Source: Octopus sinensis
Taxonomy: Eukaryota
DNA: 64,000 nucleotides
Assembly (NCBI RefSeq): GCF_006345805.1
Contig: NC_043017.1
Coordinates: 30,752,001 to 30,816,000, forward strand
Direction: 5' to 3'
Both the position numbers and the translations under genes were made by a program. How positions within the stretch are numbered: the stretch's first letter is position 1; each line of letters opens with the position of its first letter. A model generated the notes under the pieces. It searched no databases, was not told the origin of the DNA, and saw only the letters and a list, made by a program, of their open reading frames with translations. Positions 12,769 to 25,805 of the stretch are shown one piece after another.

Positions 12769-13674
12769 AAACGCATCATATTCATGAAAAAAAAATAAAC
12801 ATCAATGATAAAACTAGTAAATATATATCCTCCTTATCTTCCGAGGTGGAATAATTTGACTATACTTCGTATTATTAAAACGTTGCATTAAAACATATTG
12901 GATTGAAAGATAATATTCATGAAACGAAGGGTGCATAACCTATTCATAAGCGAAAATATATAAAACAAAGCACTATGTATCATAATCCTACCTATAAATT
13001 GATTAACAATGGCAATGTTGCCAAGATTTCGGAAACCTTTTAAATAAGCATTTCCTCGTAAACCATTAACATCATAAGATATTTAATTAACAATGTTATT
13101 ATGTTGGGTTGCAGTTTCACTGAAAAATAATTGCTTTCATTGCGAGTATAATATAAAACAAACGTTTCCAAACAGCTACTCTTCTATGTTATTTCAACTC
13201 AACTAATGCTGTGCGTTGAAAAAGTAAGTGTTTCAAAACGTTGAGTGTGAAGGCTACACCTGCTTCCCTAGTCAATTGTGTACAAAGTCTGCTTAATATC
13301 ACCGGTTTCCTTGGGATTAACAAACCCAAAACATATATATTCAATAACACTTTCACAAAAAATTACATTTCATTTTCAAATATATTTGATCTTTCAACGA
13401 TAATGATATAATTAATTACGAAATAGAATTGAAAATTTATAGACTCTGCATCAACAGATTTGATGAAAGAGGAAGTTCTGGTATCTGGCTTTCAGAAAAC
13501 AGAGCACTGAGATTAAAATAAAGGACTAGAATAGCTGCGTTAACTGATGTATCGAAATCTAAGTAGGAATTGAGATGGTTAATTCCGTATATAAGCGACT
13601 CAGTATTGTTCATTCCGTCCTAATTAATATGCAACAGTCGCACATATTTTAAATGAGCTGTCTCACACTTTGCC

Positions 13675-13778
<104 letters not shown>

Positions 13779-13783
13779 TATAT

Positions 13784-13950
13784 AGGCACAGGCATGGCTG
13801 TGTGACAAGCATGTTTCCCAACCACATGGCTTTGGGTTCAGTCCCACTGCGTGGCATGTCGGTCAAAAATCTTCTACTATGGCCTCAGGCCGCGGACCGA
13901 AGCTTTGTGATTAGATTTTGTGGATAGGAACTAAAAGCGCCAAGTCGTAT
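13784..13950 (+). mobile_element. SINE family B, 5' half
   Basis: GGCTGTGTGAC..CAACCACATGG..GGTTCAGTCCCACTGCGTGGCA. Confidence 0.8.
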
Positions 13951-13982
13951 ATATACATATATATATACACACACCCTCATAA

Positions 13983-14021
13983 TCCTTTCTGACGAAGAGC
14001 GTAAAATCGAAAGGTCAAAGA
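13983..14021 (+). ncRNA. Decayed minimal HHR (family 3)
   Basis: TCCTTT CTGACGA AGAGCGTAAAATC GAAAG GTC AAAGA; helix III mismatch; paralogue at 34085. Confidence 0.4.
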
Positions 14022-14148
14022 CATTTCCAGTCTTCCCGAGCGTGAAACTAATACAGCTACGTCTTGTTCCTTTACCTAATTTCGTCTTCAGCTATCTGTA
14101 AATTTAAAGTATATGCATATACAAACACAGACACACACATGTACAAAG

Positions 14149-14185
<37 letters not shown>

Positions 14186-14340
14186 GGAAAAATAAGTCAG
14201 GATAGAAAATGCTAAAATAATTTTATAAAGGACATTTCAGTACCAGTTTCAGTCATTGAGACTTTTTCAACTGTAACAATTAAATAATTAAATTTAGAAA
14301 AATTAAAAGAAAAGTTTTTTAAAAGAATATTTGTATAGCG
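14186..14340 (-). mobile_element. PLE-like terminal fragment (family 2) next to (TA)n
   Basis: Homologous to 31557-31680. Confidence 0.65.
14238..14273 (-). ncRNA. HHR-like motif with U3-A8 core variant
   Basis: CAG TTGAAAA AGTC-TCAAT-GACT GAAAC TG GTA CTG. Confidence 0.55.
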
Positions 14341-15372
14341 TTCAAATACGAGTGTCATTCTCCTTGTTTCTGCCTGTCTCTGTCTCTCTTGTTTACACTT
14401 GTGGGTTCGAGGTCACATATATACATGCTTTGTAGATGTGTAAAACGTGAATTTTACCGGGAGAGAAACACTTGAATACTATCTTCCACCTCTCAGGCAG
14501 AAGCACTTTATCCTAGCTCTCTCTCGATGTATCAATGGTCCAGCAACAAAAACGATTATGGACAAATCCTTGCAAAAGTTATCTTGTATTTAAAGACATA
14601 AAATCCCCAATACATAAAAGCAACAACAAATCAAGCGTGCCTGAGGTAACTGTATTCTTTAAAATAATCTTGAGAATGCAATGATTAAATTCAACTCTGT
14701 ATACTTAAAGTGAGGTAAACTTAATGCGAATATAACAAGTTTTCAACTCACTTATCAATATGAAGATTTTATAAACACAGTCATCATTGTTTTTTTACGT
14801 AGCTATGCATACTTTTATCAAGCATTAAAAGCTTGCATTGTACTAGTGCACCGTTCAGAGTATATATTTTTCTTTTTGTATATGGCGCGGATATTAAATC
14901 AATATCTGCCTACCTTCTGTATTGTGACATCTCATGTTTCTAATTACTGCCATCATATCTGTTTCTTTATTACACACACGGGGCTAAACATAGAGGGGAC
15001 AAACTAGATGGATATAAATAAATAAGTAGATACTTATACAAAAATTAATAAAAGTTCGTGTGGCGGTTCGAGGGGAAAATATGGAGCAACGCACAGGAAA
15101 TTGCCTTTTAGGACTGGAAACAAGAAAATGACAGATGGAAGCTTAGAGCGAAAGGTGAAGAATATAAATCGTATAAAAACAGTGTAGAAGAAAAGGGAAG
15201 AGTGACTCATCGAGCCAAAGGTGAGGCGAAAAAGGAAATGGACGAGAGAGATATACCTGCGTTTATGAAGGCAGTGTGAGAAGTTGTTTCATTTTGGGAA
15301 ATGATACGATATCAATAGTTACCATATCAGATGACTTTCAATATAAGTATGTCAATAGATATGATTGCAGTA

Positions 15373-15615
15373 AGGGTGGTGAGCTGGCATAAACGTTAGC
15401 GCGCCGGTCGAACTGCGTAGCCGTATTTCGTCTGCCGTTACGTTCTGAGTTCAAATTCCGTCGAGGTCGACTTTGCCTTTCATCCTTTCGTAGTCGATAA
15501 ATTAAGTAAATTAAGTACCAGTTACGCACTGGGATGGATGTTATCGACTTAATCTGTTTGTCCTTGCTTGTCCTCTATGTATTTATCCCCTTGTGTGTAG
15601 GAAAGAAATAGGTAT
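15373..15615 (+). mobile_element. SINE family A
   Basis: GGTGAGCTGGCATAAACGTTAGC..GAGTTCAAATTCCG..GAGGTCGACTTTGCCTTTCATCCTTTCG..GAAATAGGTAT. Confidence 0.88.
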
Positions 15616-15931
15616 GTGGAAATGAAAAGAAATAATTTTTCTTCTCATGATTGTCCTAGCATTTTGTGGTACAAAGCTTCGTCGCGAAATTCCTTGAAAG
15701 AAAATTATGCTCAATTCTATTTCGCACACACACACATGCATTTACACACACGTACACCCACACGCATGCACACACTCATATTTTGTATTATATGTCAATA
15801 TATCTGTTTGTCGTCTTTATCTCCCATTCTCTTCCTCGTGTGTCAGTGTTTGTACACACACAGCACTCACACACGCGCACACAAATGTGTATATGCGTGT
15901 ATGTGTGTGTCTGTTTGTATGTGGGCATTCC

Positions 15932-16170
15932 AAAGGCGCATAGCTTAGTGGTTAGTGTGTTTCACTCACAATTGCAAGATCGTGGGTTCTATTCCCAGAC
16001 CGAGCGTTACGTTGTGTTCTTGAGCAAGGCACTTCATTTCATGTTGCTTTGCAAACATTTCATCATCTGACGTATGTCACATGTTGCACCTGTACAAGTA
16101 ATGTTGATTTGATGGAGCGGTGAGCTTATGTGAACGCAAACGTTTCATCACTAATAACAAATCATCTGTG
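15932..16170 (+). mobile_element. tRNA-headed SINE (family C-related)
   Basis: GGCGCATAGCTTAGTGGTTAG..GGGTTCTATTCC..TTGAGCAAGGCACTTCATTTC. Confidence 0.7.
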
Positions 16171-16389
16171 TGGTTGTCCGGCAAGAAATTGCCGAATCGT
16201 CATACGTCGTCTAACGATGGAAGAATCCATGGCATGGTCCAAAAATTTATCAGAAAAAATACGAACGGAAAATTCACATACAAAAAAAAAACAAAAACAA
16301 AACAAATTCCTCATCTGTCAACGTCTAAAATATCATAACAGTTTTGTGTATTTAACAAAGATATTCATTTTTGGTGGAACTAGATGCGA

Positions 16390-16627
16390 GAAATACCTAT
16401 TTCTTTACAACCCACAAAGGGCTAAACACAGAGAAGACAAACAAGGACAGACAAACGGATTAATTCGATTACATCGACCCCTGTGCGTACTGGTACTTAA
16501 TTTATCGACCCCGAGAGGATAAAATGCAAAGTCGACCTCGGCAGAATTTGTACTCAGAACGTAACGGCAGATGGAATACGCTACGCATTTCGCCTGGGGT
16601 GCTCACGTTTCTGCCAACTCACCGCCT
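16390..16627 (-). mobile_element. SINE family A
   Basis: Reverse-complement match to 15373-15615. Confidence 0.88.
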
Positions 16628-16820
16628 TAATTTTCACATACCGTGATCAAATAGCCGTTATAAATTTTCGAGAGAACATAGGCATTATTTGACGTAAGCC
16701 TCTTATTAACTCTAGTGGTTTTCCTATCAGTTCCATTCAATGCTGGATTATTCACTACTGTTAGTTGGGGGTGTATAACTACATGTACGTTAATAAAACT
16801 GTAAATTATAAAGATATTAA

Positions 16821-17213
16821 CTCTTTTAATTGTTTCAATCATGTGATTGTGGCCATGCTGGAGCACCGCCTTTAGTCGAGCAAATCGACCCCAGGACTTA
16901 TTCTTTGTAAGCCTAGTACTTATTCTATCGGTTTCTTTTGCCGAACTGCTAAGTTACCGGGACGTAAACACACTAACATCGGTTGTCAAACGATGTTGGG
17001 GGGACAAACACACACACAAACATATGCACACATACACACACAAATATATACATATATACGACGGGCTTCAGTTTTCGTCTACGAATTCCACTCACAAAGC
17101 TTTGGTCAGTCCGAGGCTATAGTAGAAGGCACTTGCCCAAGGTGCCACGCAGTGGGACTGAACCCGGAACCATGTGATTCGTAAGCAAGCTACGTACCAC
17201 ATAGCCACTCCTA
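16821..17213 (-). mobile_element. SINE family B, full length
   Basis: Reverse-complement match to 10941-11363 and 52769-53222. Confidence 0.88.
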
Positions 17214-17329
17214 TGACTCTTGTACAAGACGAAAAAAACGTGTCACATCATGGAACACACGAATTAATACGATATAATGATTGCCAAATAAATCAATCAC
17301 TGGTGAAATTTGACAATATATATTGAGGA

Positions 17330-17530
17330 AAAATTGTATAACTTTGCATATTTATCCAAATAAGTGACAGCAGATAGCAATGAACCGTCTGCCAAAAGTG
17401 GAGCGTTTCGATGGCTAAAAGTCGTGACCTTTTCACTTGATAACACAGACCAATGTATTTTGTAGAATTTATAGTTTGTTTCTAATTTTTTAATCGCATT
17501 CCTGACCATTAACTGTGACGTTAATTTGAA
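17330..17530 (+). pseudogene. Degenerate CUB-like segment
   Basis: RWLKVVTFSLDNTDQCIL*NL (17409-17471) resembles the CUB F..F.LE...C..DYL block. Confidence 0.35.
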
Positions 17531-18114
17531 CATTCATTTGTAAAGAACTACTTCAGTTGCAGAATTGATTGAGAGAGAACGTTTAGATAGAGTTATTGTT
17601 TGTATTATTCATTTATTTATGTATTGTCCGATTGTTTATTTTATTTCAAGCTTCCTTGCTCTTCTAGAATGAAATAAAATCAATTTACATTATTCTAAAG
17701 TGTGGGTGATCAAATATATTTCTAGAACTTTAGAAGATTGCTTTTGATAATTGACTTCCAGCATTTTTATCATTCAATCTAAATTTTTATCGTTTCATAC
17801 AAAATAATAGCATTGATAAAATAAAAATAAAAATACAACGTAAAAAGCAAATCTATATGTGTATAAAAAAAACACATCGTAGTTGTTAAGAACTTAAATT
17901 AAATTTTATATAAGGGGAAATTGAGATTGCCAGAGGGGAAACAATAAGAAAATATTTCAAAGCGAAGTTAAAATCAAGAGAACCCCAAATATACAAGAAA
18001 TTAATTGTAAAGAATAAGAAAGATAATTGTTGATGAGTGTTAATTAATATTACATAAATTTGGTTACATTTCTCAAGGAATTATCATATCTTGTTTTGTT
18101 TTTTTATTTTATAG

Positions 18115-18380
18115 TCGATTAATGTTATTTTGCTTTCGTTTACGAGCATCACACATGACCAGCTCAGCTGGATAACAAATGGTCAGAGAGGGGTTCAAGA
18201 TTTTAAATACGGTAAATGTCGCCAACCTGTATTTCGTGGAATCAAGTTTATCGACTCAGAATTACCGAATGAGTCGAAAACCTGACAAGTTATCAAATAC
18301 TGAAGAATGAAAACAAAAAGGGGAAACCTCTATGTTGTTAGCCTAGCTGCAGTGAGCAATAACATTTAAAAAGGGTTGGA
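18115..18380 (+). pseudogene. Degenerate CUB-like exon
   Basis: Strong polypyrimidine acceptor TTTTATTTTATAG; SINVILLSFTSI..KYGKCRQP..KRGNLYVVS. Confidence 0.35.
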
Positions 18381-18674
18381 AAACATTAGCATCAAAATGA
18401 AAGTAGGACACGTTCAGAAAACAGCATTCGCTGTCTAATGAATCTTCGAGAGAGCCTCGCGTTTTATAAATTCTGTATTACCTTATGGAACAAGACGTGA
18501 ACACCTACTATTTTAGTGGCACTTCCGGCAACAAGCTGAGTTGTTAGATATATTAACAACAACAACAACAAAAGGAACGAGAATGCTTATGCATCGTGAA
18601 ACGTCAATTACAGCAAAATCAAGGGCGCAGCAGCAACAACATCAGCAATAATAATAAGTATTATATTAATAATG

Positions 18675-18726
<52 letters not shown>

Positions 18727-18753
18727 TAATAAAACAATTTTTGTCTGTTTTTT

Positions 18754-18905
18754 TAGGCATTCACTAGTACAACACTAAATACAAAACCAAATATATGGCA
18801 CCCTAGGCATAACAACATGCACTTCCACACTGTTGTCTCTTGAGGTCTGTGGATGAGACTTGGAGCCAACTTGTACAAATATAAAGCAAAAGTCAAACAT
18901 AGAAT
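18754..18905 (+). mobile_element. Short repeat ending in (AAT)n; candidate R4/Dong-type LINE 3' end
   Basis: CTGTTGTCTCTTGAGGTCT..GAGACTTGGAGCCAACTTGTACA..AAGTCAAACATA; second copy at 20015. Confidence 0.45.
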
Positions 18906-18918
18906 AATAATAATAATA

Positions 18919-18969
<51 letters not shown>

Positions 18970-19019
18970 CAACGACAACAACAACAACAACAGCAACACA
19001 TGTCTTTTTGCATTACCAG

Positions 19020-19905
19020 GGGCTGGTTCTCATGGCGTCTGCTCTTAACTGATGGGAATTGTTATGTGCATTGTTTTGTCTTGGTGTAAAAGATGGGCTA
19101 CAGCAAATATTCAGCTCAACACCATAGATTTGTTGGTCAGTTGTTTAACCTTAACTATTTCAGCATGTCCTTTAGTTGCTGCCGATGTATGCATCTCTGA
19201 TCATGAGCAGAGGTTCTGGGGGAGCAACATAGCCATGTGTTGAGAGGAATTCCTTGGAGTTTGTATAAATCATCTTTATAAACGCGTTACATTCAACGTC
19301 CTTAAACAACACTTATTCAGGGACCTTTTTAGAGGGCAGCGAAAATTTTTTCATACGAGAGTTCTAGTGCCAATTAATGAACTCATTTGCATACAGACAA
19401 TCAGAGCTCGCATTTACCTTTTTGTCAAGTGATCAAAGGTTGTTGCTGGTAGCAGAAAACAGCTTTGGTGCTGGCAGACCGTCGAAGGATTGTTTCGAAA
19501 GTATAAAAGGAAGGTGCCGCTCAGCTCTCAGATTATGCCTAACAAGAACAACATACGATATTAAAACAGAAAGGAAATATGGCCATTCCTTACCCAAGTG
19601 ACCTTATCTTATCGTCCATCACTTGTAAAGCGCACAAAAATTAGTTTGATATTTGTCCTCTGATTGGCTGTATGCAAATGAGTTCATAACTGGTTTCAGG
19701 AACTCTCCTGATAAGGAATTTCGCAAGGAGGATGGGCTGCTCAACATGAAGAAAATTCTAGGTGAGCCCCACCATGTCACGCACATGTGGTTGGGATGCA
19801 TGTGCCTGGTTTACCCTTATCAGACGGGTAGTCATGGTGAGTATATTGGGCTTCGTATATTTTATCCCGTTGTCATTTTGATGGTATGCACTGCTCTCTA
19901 ATAAT
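19020..19905 (+). mobile_element. Interrupted retro-repeat (family D) with (AAT)n tail
   Basis: 19020-19330 matches 47540-47730 (GCATCTCT..GAGCAG..AGCA.CA.AGCC..GTGTTGAGAGG); 19720-19900 ends GCACTGCTCTC-(AAT)n. Confidence 0.55.
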
Positions 19906-19927
19906 AATAACAATGATAATAATAACG

Positions 19928-19993
<66 letters not shown>

Positions 19994-20014
19994 TTAATAA
20001 TAATAATAATGTAT

Positions 20015-20138
20015 TAGACATTCACTAGTACAACCCCCCCCCCCAAATATATGGCACAGAACTTCCAACCTGTTGTCTCTTGAGGTCTCTGGGTGAGACT
20101 TGGAGCCAACTTGTACAGACATAAGTCAAACATAAAAT
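20015..20138 (+). mobile_element. Second copy of the (AAT)n-tailed short repeat
   Basis: Same start (CATTCACTAGTACAAC) and end as 18754-18905. Confidence 0.5.
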
Positions 20139-20139
20139 G

Positions 20140-20204
<65 letters not shown>

Positions 20205-20247
20205 AAGAAGAAGAAGAAGAAGAATAAGAAGAAAAAGAATAATAATA

Positions 20248-20304
<57 letters not shown>

Positions 20305-21381
20305 GAAGAAGAAGAAGAGAAGAAGAAGAAGAAGAAGAAGAAGAAGAAGCAGAAGAAGAAGAAGAAGAATGGGGATTGTATTATTCACTAGGTCTCACTC
20401 AGAAACGCATTACATGTAGAGGGTTACGAGAACAAATATTTTGATTAATCTGGCAATATATCGAAAAGGTGCAATAATTACGTGTGGAATTCAGCAGAAG
20501 CACCCTTAACTTTTTAATTGCTTCTGCTATAAGACTGAGGCCATGCTGGTCCACCGTATTTAAGAAATTTAGTCGAAAGAATAGACTTACTTTTTTAAAG
20601 ACTCGTAATTATTTTATCGGTGACTTTTTTCAAACCGCCAAGTTATGTATGCGTAAACACAATTTAATTTCTCTGGTTGATTTGTATTTGGGATTTTATG
20701 ATCAACGGAATGTTCTTAAGAACCTCCTCTATTTTACCCGCTATTCTCACCGCTAAAACCTGAGAAACCATGGTTGAATCCAATGCATGACTTGTACAGG
20801 ACTGTGAGTTCTTGGAGGCATTCTATATCCCAATTATCCTGTTTCGATTTGCATGACCAAGAAATGCAGTTCTGACAGCAAGGGATTGATGGGAGTAAAG
20901 ACGTATGACAAAAGGTGACTATCTCTGTGAAATTAAACAATGTGTTATAAGCTCATCCCTTGACTAAATTTCCATTTCTGACCAGCCTATCAAGAATAAT
21001 TTCTCGGTCTGTGAGACTGACCAGACCACAGGCTAATCAGTCCAAGTCTTAACCAACCGAAGTACTTCAGCAAAGCAGAACCCCGATAAATACTTTGGGA
21101 CTGCATGAGCCTGTCTCATCATACGCCTATGTCCAGGATACTTGTTTACCCTCCCTTGATGGTTCAATCAGTTTGCGGTTTTATCAATTCATTTAGAAAT
21201 ACAATTGGAGACAAAAAGGAAGAGAGAAGGAAACAGAGGGAAAGCGAAATGTAAGAATAAAAACGATACGGACGATAAATAACTAAATGATTCTTTAATA
21301 TTTTGGAGGTGTACTTGCATAGCAAGTAACCGGATCTGAGATCGTGCGCTGGAACGAAATCACTAGCAGCGTGGAAGGTGC

Positions 21382-21520
21382 TTATAAACCATTTAAGAGA
21401 CACTAAAACGTTAGATTCACTTCAACATTTAAATTTAATTTGCCAAAATATTTTGGCAAATTAAATTTAAATGTTGAAGTGAATCTAACAGTTTTTGCGT
21501 GTTTCTTAAATGGCTTATAA
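21382..21520. repeat. Palindrome with an 80-bp perfect, spacer-less core
   Basis: 21410-21449 is the exact reverse complement of 21450-21489; imperfect pairing continues ~30 bp on each side. Confidence 0.95.
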
Positions 21521-22070
21521 ACACATTCCATGCTGCAATTCTTCAATATGTAAGATGTAAAAGATTCACGCGTTCCCTTCCAAACATTCCCTTCCTCTCT
21601 CTTGATGACTTTATATTTTCATTTCTGATATCAATCTTAAGATATTTTTCTTGTAGTGATAGGTTTTTGTTTGTTTCTTTAAGCATTACTTTCAGTTGTT
21701 TTATATTTAAGAATCCGACAAATGACTCGAAGCTAGAGAATAATATATTACAAACAGGAAGACAAACTTACCACAGACTTTAAGTATCCAGCATTCATTT
21801 CCTGATCTTTTGCAAACAGACAAAGAAATTTGTTGGCCTCAAAAATATTCCGTGATATCGTTTTTGTCAACCTTTGTCATTTATATACATATATGCCCTT
21901 AAGGAATTTCTGAATAATGTTACTAACAAACAGACGTTTGTGGGTTGAATGCTCGTAACCTGTGGGATGCGTGAGTTTGTGTGTATGTGTGTGCGTGTGT
22001 GCGTGCGTGTGTCTACATACGATACGAATGTTCATATGCACATATACGCGCGCACACACATGTATAAGAT

Positions 22071-22250
22071 CAGGAGTGGCTGTGTGGTGCGTAGCGTACT
22101 TACCAACCACATGGTTCCGGGTTCAATCCCATGCGTGGCATTTGGGCAATTGACTTCTACTGTAGCCTCGGGCCGACCAAAGCCATGTGAGTGGATTTGG
22201 TAGACAAAAACTGAACGAATCCTATCGTATGTATGTATGTATGTATGTAT
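22071..22250 (+). mobile_element. SINE family B, 5' half
   Basis: CAGGAGTGGCTGTGTGGT..CCAACCACATGGTTCCGGGTTCAATCCC. Confidence 0.85.
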
Positions 22251-22332
22251 GTACTTTCTGTATTTCCTCGTTTAAATTCTTCCTCAGAAGAAGCTGGTTT
22301 CTAACAAATACACAAATCTCTTTTGAATGTAG

Positions 22333-22630
22333 ACAACGAAAACACTGTCACATTTTAAACCTGAGAAAAGTGCAGCATAGTTTTACTGTACCGCTACAGA
22401 TTGCATTCGCAATGTGCGAATCAGCTGGCTGATTGCTTTTTTCTGAAAATCCAAGCTTATGCAGACTGATAGACATTTACTTGCAAAACCCAGTGCACAA
22501 ATTATTATTGGTATAATTGTACTGGATTTTTCAAAGCAGTTGCCTAGAATTATCTGTTCTCTCTTTCATTTTCAAAGCGATTATCACATCAGAAGGACAG
22601 CTGACTTCTGTGACGCTACATACTTTTTCT
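22333..22630 (+). pseudogene. Degenerate CUB-like exon
   Basis: ..PSAQIIIG..CSLFHFQSDYHIRRTADFCDATYF resembles the CUB C-terminal L.F.SD....GF.A.Y. Confidence 0.45.
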
Positions 22631-22659
22631 TGTCCATCTCAGCCAACAGTATCTGGCCT

Positions 22660-23385
22660 GCATTATTAGTTGGAGAATTGGCAAGAAAGCTTAGTTCAAA
22701 CCATACTACTGTTCAACAACTTGGAAAGGTTCCTAAATTTAAAAAATGGGTGCCTCGTGAATTGCCCGAAATCAACCGTAAATTCCGAGTTGACATCTGT
22801 TCTTCTTTCCATTCTCGCAAACTCATTTTACCATCTTTGGATAGGCTTGTGACTGGTCACGCAAAATGGATATTCTATCGAAATGTTAAATGTCATAAAC
22901 AGTGGCTTGGTAAAAGGGAAAAAAAACTCAACTACAACCAAGAAGGGAACTTCGTGGAAAAAAGGTTCTTTTCTCTATCTGGTGGGATTGCAAACGAGTA
23001 ATTCCTTTGAATTGTTCCCTCCTAATGCAACAATCAATGTTTAAGTCAACTGTCAGCAATTAGAGCGTTTGAACCAAGCTTTGAATAAAAAAAGACCCGC
23101 TTTAGTGAATCGAAAAGGAGGGATGTTTAATGAGGACAAGCGCGACTATACACTGCAAAAATCACATCACAGAAGATCGAAGAGGTTGGGTGGGAAAAAA
23201 TTCCTCATCCACCTTATTCTCCCGACCTTGTTCCTTCAGGCAACCATTTGTTTCGCAGTTTACAGAATCATTTGGCGGATATAACTTTCACAAGCCAGGA
23301 GGAGGTCGAAACTGACATTTCAGAGTTCTTTGCTTTGAAACCAAAAGCGTTTTACATTGATGGGATTAAAAAGCTTTCTCGTTGA
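22660..23385 (+). pseudogene. mariner transposase relic
   Basis: ELARKLSSNHTTV..LGKVPKFKKWVPREL..LDRLVTGHAKWIFYRN; KKRPALVNRKG; WEKIPHPPYSPDLVPSGNHLFRSLQNHL; frameshifted. Confidence 0.92.
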
Positions 23386-23401
23386 TATTGAAATCATTTA
23401 G

Positions 23402-23779
23402 GTTTTAAAGTTTATGGAGTGGATATCTTCTGCAGACCAGCCGAGTATCCCAAATGTTGGAATCAGCTCTGGTACTGCAAATTCCTTGTGTGATATTGTT
23501 TTGTTGCAAGACAAGAATTCAGTCAACTACATTTTCCTAGTATGGTGTGATATACTTGAGTCAATTTCATCAGTGCCTGGGTAACTATAGCATTCTTTGT
23601 CGGGGTACGGGAGAGATTGTTAAACCATTGATGCATAGGTGTTGTGTCTGACGGATTGATTTTGCCCGTTCAACAATTAAAGGAAAATATTTCTTATGAC
23701 CAAATTCATTTCCAATGACAGTTGGGATAGGGATTCCGACGGAATTAGAAGTTAGAAAGGGAAAAGAAACAAAATACCG
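23402..23779 (+). pseudogene. Degenerate CUB-like exon (378 nt, AG..GTGAGC)
   Basis: Across frames: ISSADQPS..NSLCDIVL..YIFLVWCDILES / QCLGNYSILCRGTG..LMHRCC / FLMTKFISNDS..DGIRS*. Confidence 0.5.
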
Positions 23780-23969
23780 GTGAGCATTTTGTCCGTCGTG
23801 CAAATAAAAGTATAAATACACACACATACACACGCACATACATAAACACATGTATATGTATATGCAGATATATATATATATATATATATGTCTGTGTGTG
23901 TGTATGTACGTGTAAATAGATAGATAGATAGATAGATGGATGGATGTATATATATGCATACATACATAT

Positions 23970-24042
<73 letters not shown>

Positions 24043-24111
24043 ATGTTTTCGTTTTGGAGCTTGAAACACGTGTAGCGCGATATCCGTTGTATTCTGCTTT
24101 TAAGTTATATT

Positions 24112-24146
<35 letters not shown>

Positions 24147-24178
24147 TATATATATATATAGATATATATATATATAGT

Positions 24179-24252
<74 letters not shown>

Positions 24253-24984
24253 CTTAGATAGACAGACAGATAGATGGATATAATTATGAGCATTATTTTT
24301 GCAAGTGTGATGTGATCAGGTTATATTATGAGACAAATGTTATTTGAAAGAATAAACGAATACTTTATGAGAATAATATGACAAACGACCATAATGCTTC
24401 TACAGTAGATTTAGTTCTATCATTGTATACAGCTTCATTTTTAAGTCGCTCCAGGCTGAATTTACTGTTTTGATAGCTAAGAGCAAAACACTGAATAAAT
24501 ATTTTGTTAAAAATACGTTAAGTGATGGCGTTGAATATATTTCAAAATTAAAAGATAAATAAAACTTTATCAAAGTAAATTGAGATATAATATGTTTCGA
24601 GTTATTATAGAACTATAATATATTTCAAACAGCAATATAATTTTAATAATGTAAAACTGCATCGCTACTGGGCAAATAAAATTTAGTAAATAACAAACTT
24701 CATGTGTAAAACGACTTTCAATCTTTGATCTTTCATTCTGGTATCAAGATATTTTTTGAATACACCACACATAAATACACAAAAATACATTTATCTAAAT
24801 ATCTAAAGAATACATAACTTGCATGCATATACACATCGCTATATACATGTGTGTGTGAGTGTATATGTGCGTACGTGTGTAAACACACATTAGCTGTGTT
24901 TGTACGAATGAATACATAAATATATATTTGTGTGTCTCTGTTTGTGCGAGTGAGCGTATATCTAGATATACATCTAGAGAGATA

Positions 24985-25024
<40 letters not shown>

Positions 25025-25046
25025 CATGCACAAACACACACACACA

Positions 25047-25261
<215 letters not shown>

Positions 25262-25507
25262 ATGCATATTTATGTCATTCTCACTCTCTTTGTACTCTAC
25301 GTAGGTTATTACCATCATGCATGCTTCGAAATGTGGCTGTGTGCACTAGAAAAGTTGAACGATCTTTCCAAACAGCCACAGTGTGAAATATATATTAGAA
25401 CAAACGATGCACACTTGTTCCTATGTAAGTCTATCACATACAGTATATGGTATATATTAGCAATTTAACAACCTAAAGGCAATCTATACACACATACACA
25501 CACACAC

Positions 25508-25545
<38 letters not shown>

Positions 25546-25573
25546 CTATCTCTCTCTCTTTCTCCGTATATAT

Positions 25574-25805
25574 AGGTGGCGAGGTGGCAGAAACGTTATC
25601 ACGCCGGGCGAAATGTGTAGCCGTATTTCGTCTGTCGTTACGTTCCGAGTTCAAATTCCGCCGAGGTCGACTTTGCCTTTCCTTTCATCCTTTCGGGGTC
25701 GATAAATTAAGTACCAGTTGCGCACTGGGGTCAATGTAATCGACTTAATCCGTTTGTCTGTCCTTGTTTGCCCCCTCAGTGTTTAGCCCCTTGTGCGTAG
25801 TAAAT
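25574..25805 (+). mobile_element. SINE family A
   Basis: Same head, core and tail as 15373. Confidence 0.88.

Larger units (their letters stand above)
18660..20370. repeat. Cluster of (AAT)n, (AAC)n and (GAA)n trinucleotide arrays
   Basis: Direct reading: 18660-18730, 18903-18995, 19899-20010, 20139-20368. Confidence 0.95.

Noticed and set aside
20700-21170. Possible CR1/L2 RT relic on the minus strand
   Set aside because: Only vague similarity (WS..DIECLQ); no RT catalytic motif recoverable by eye
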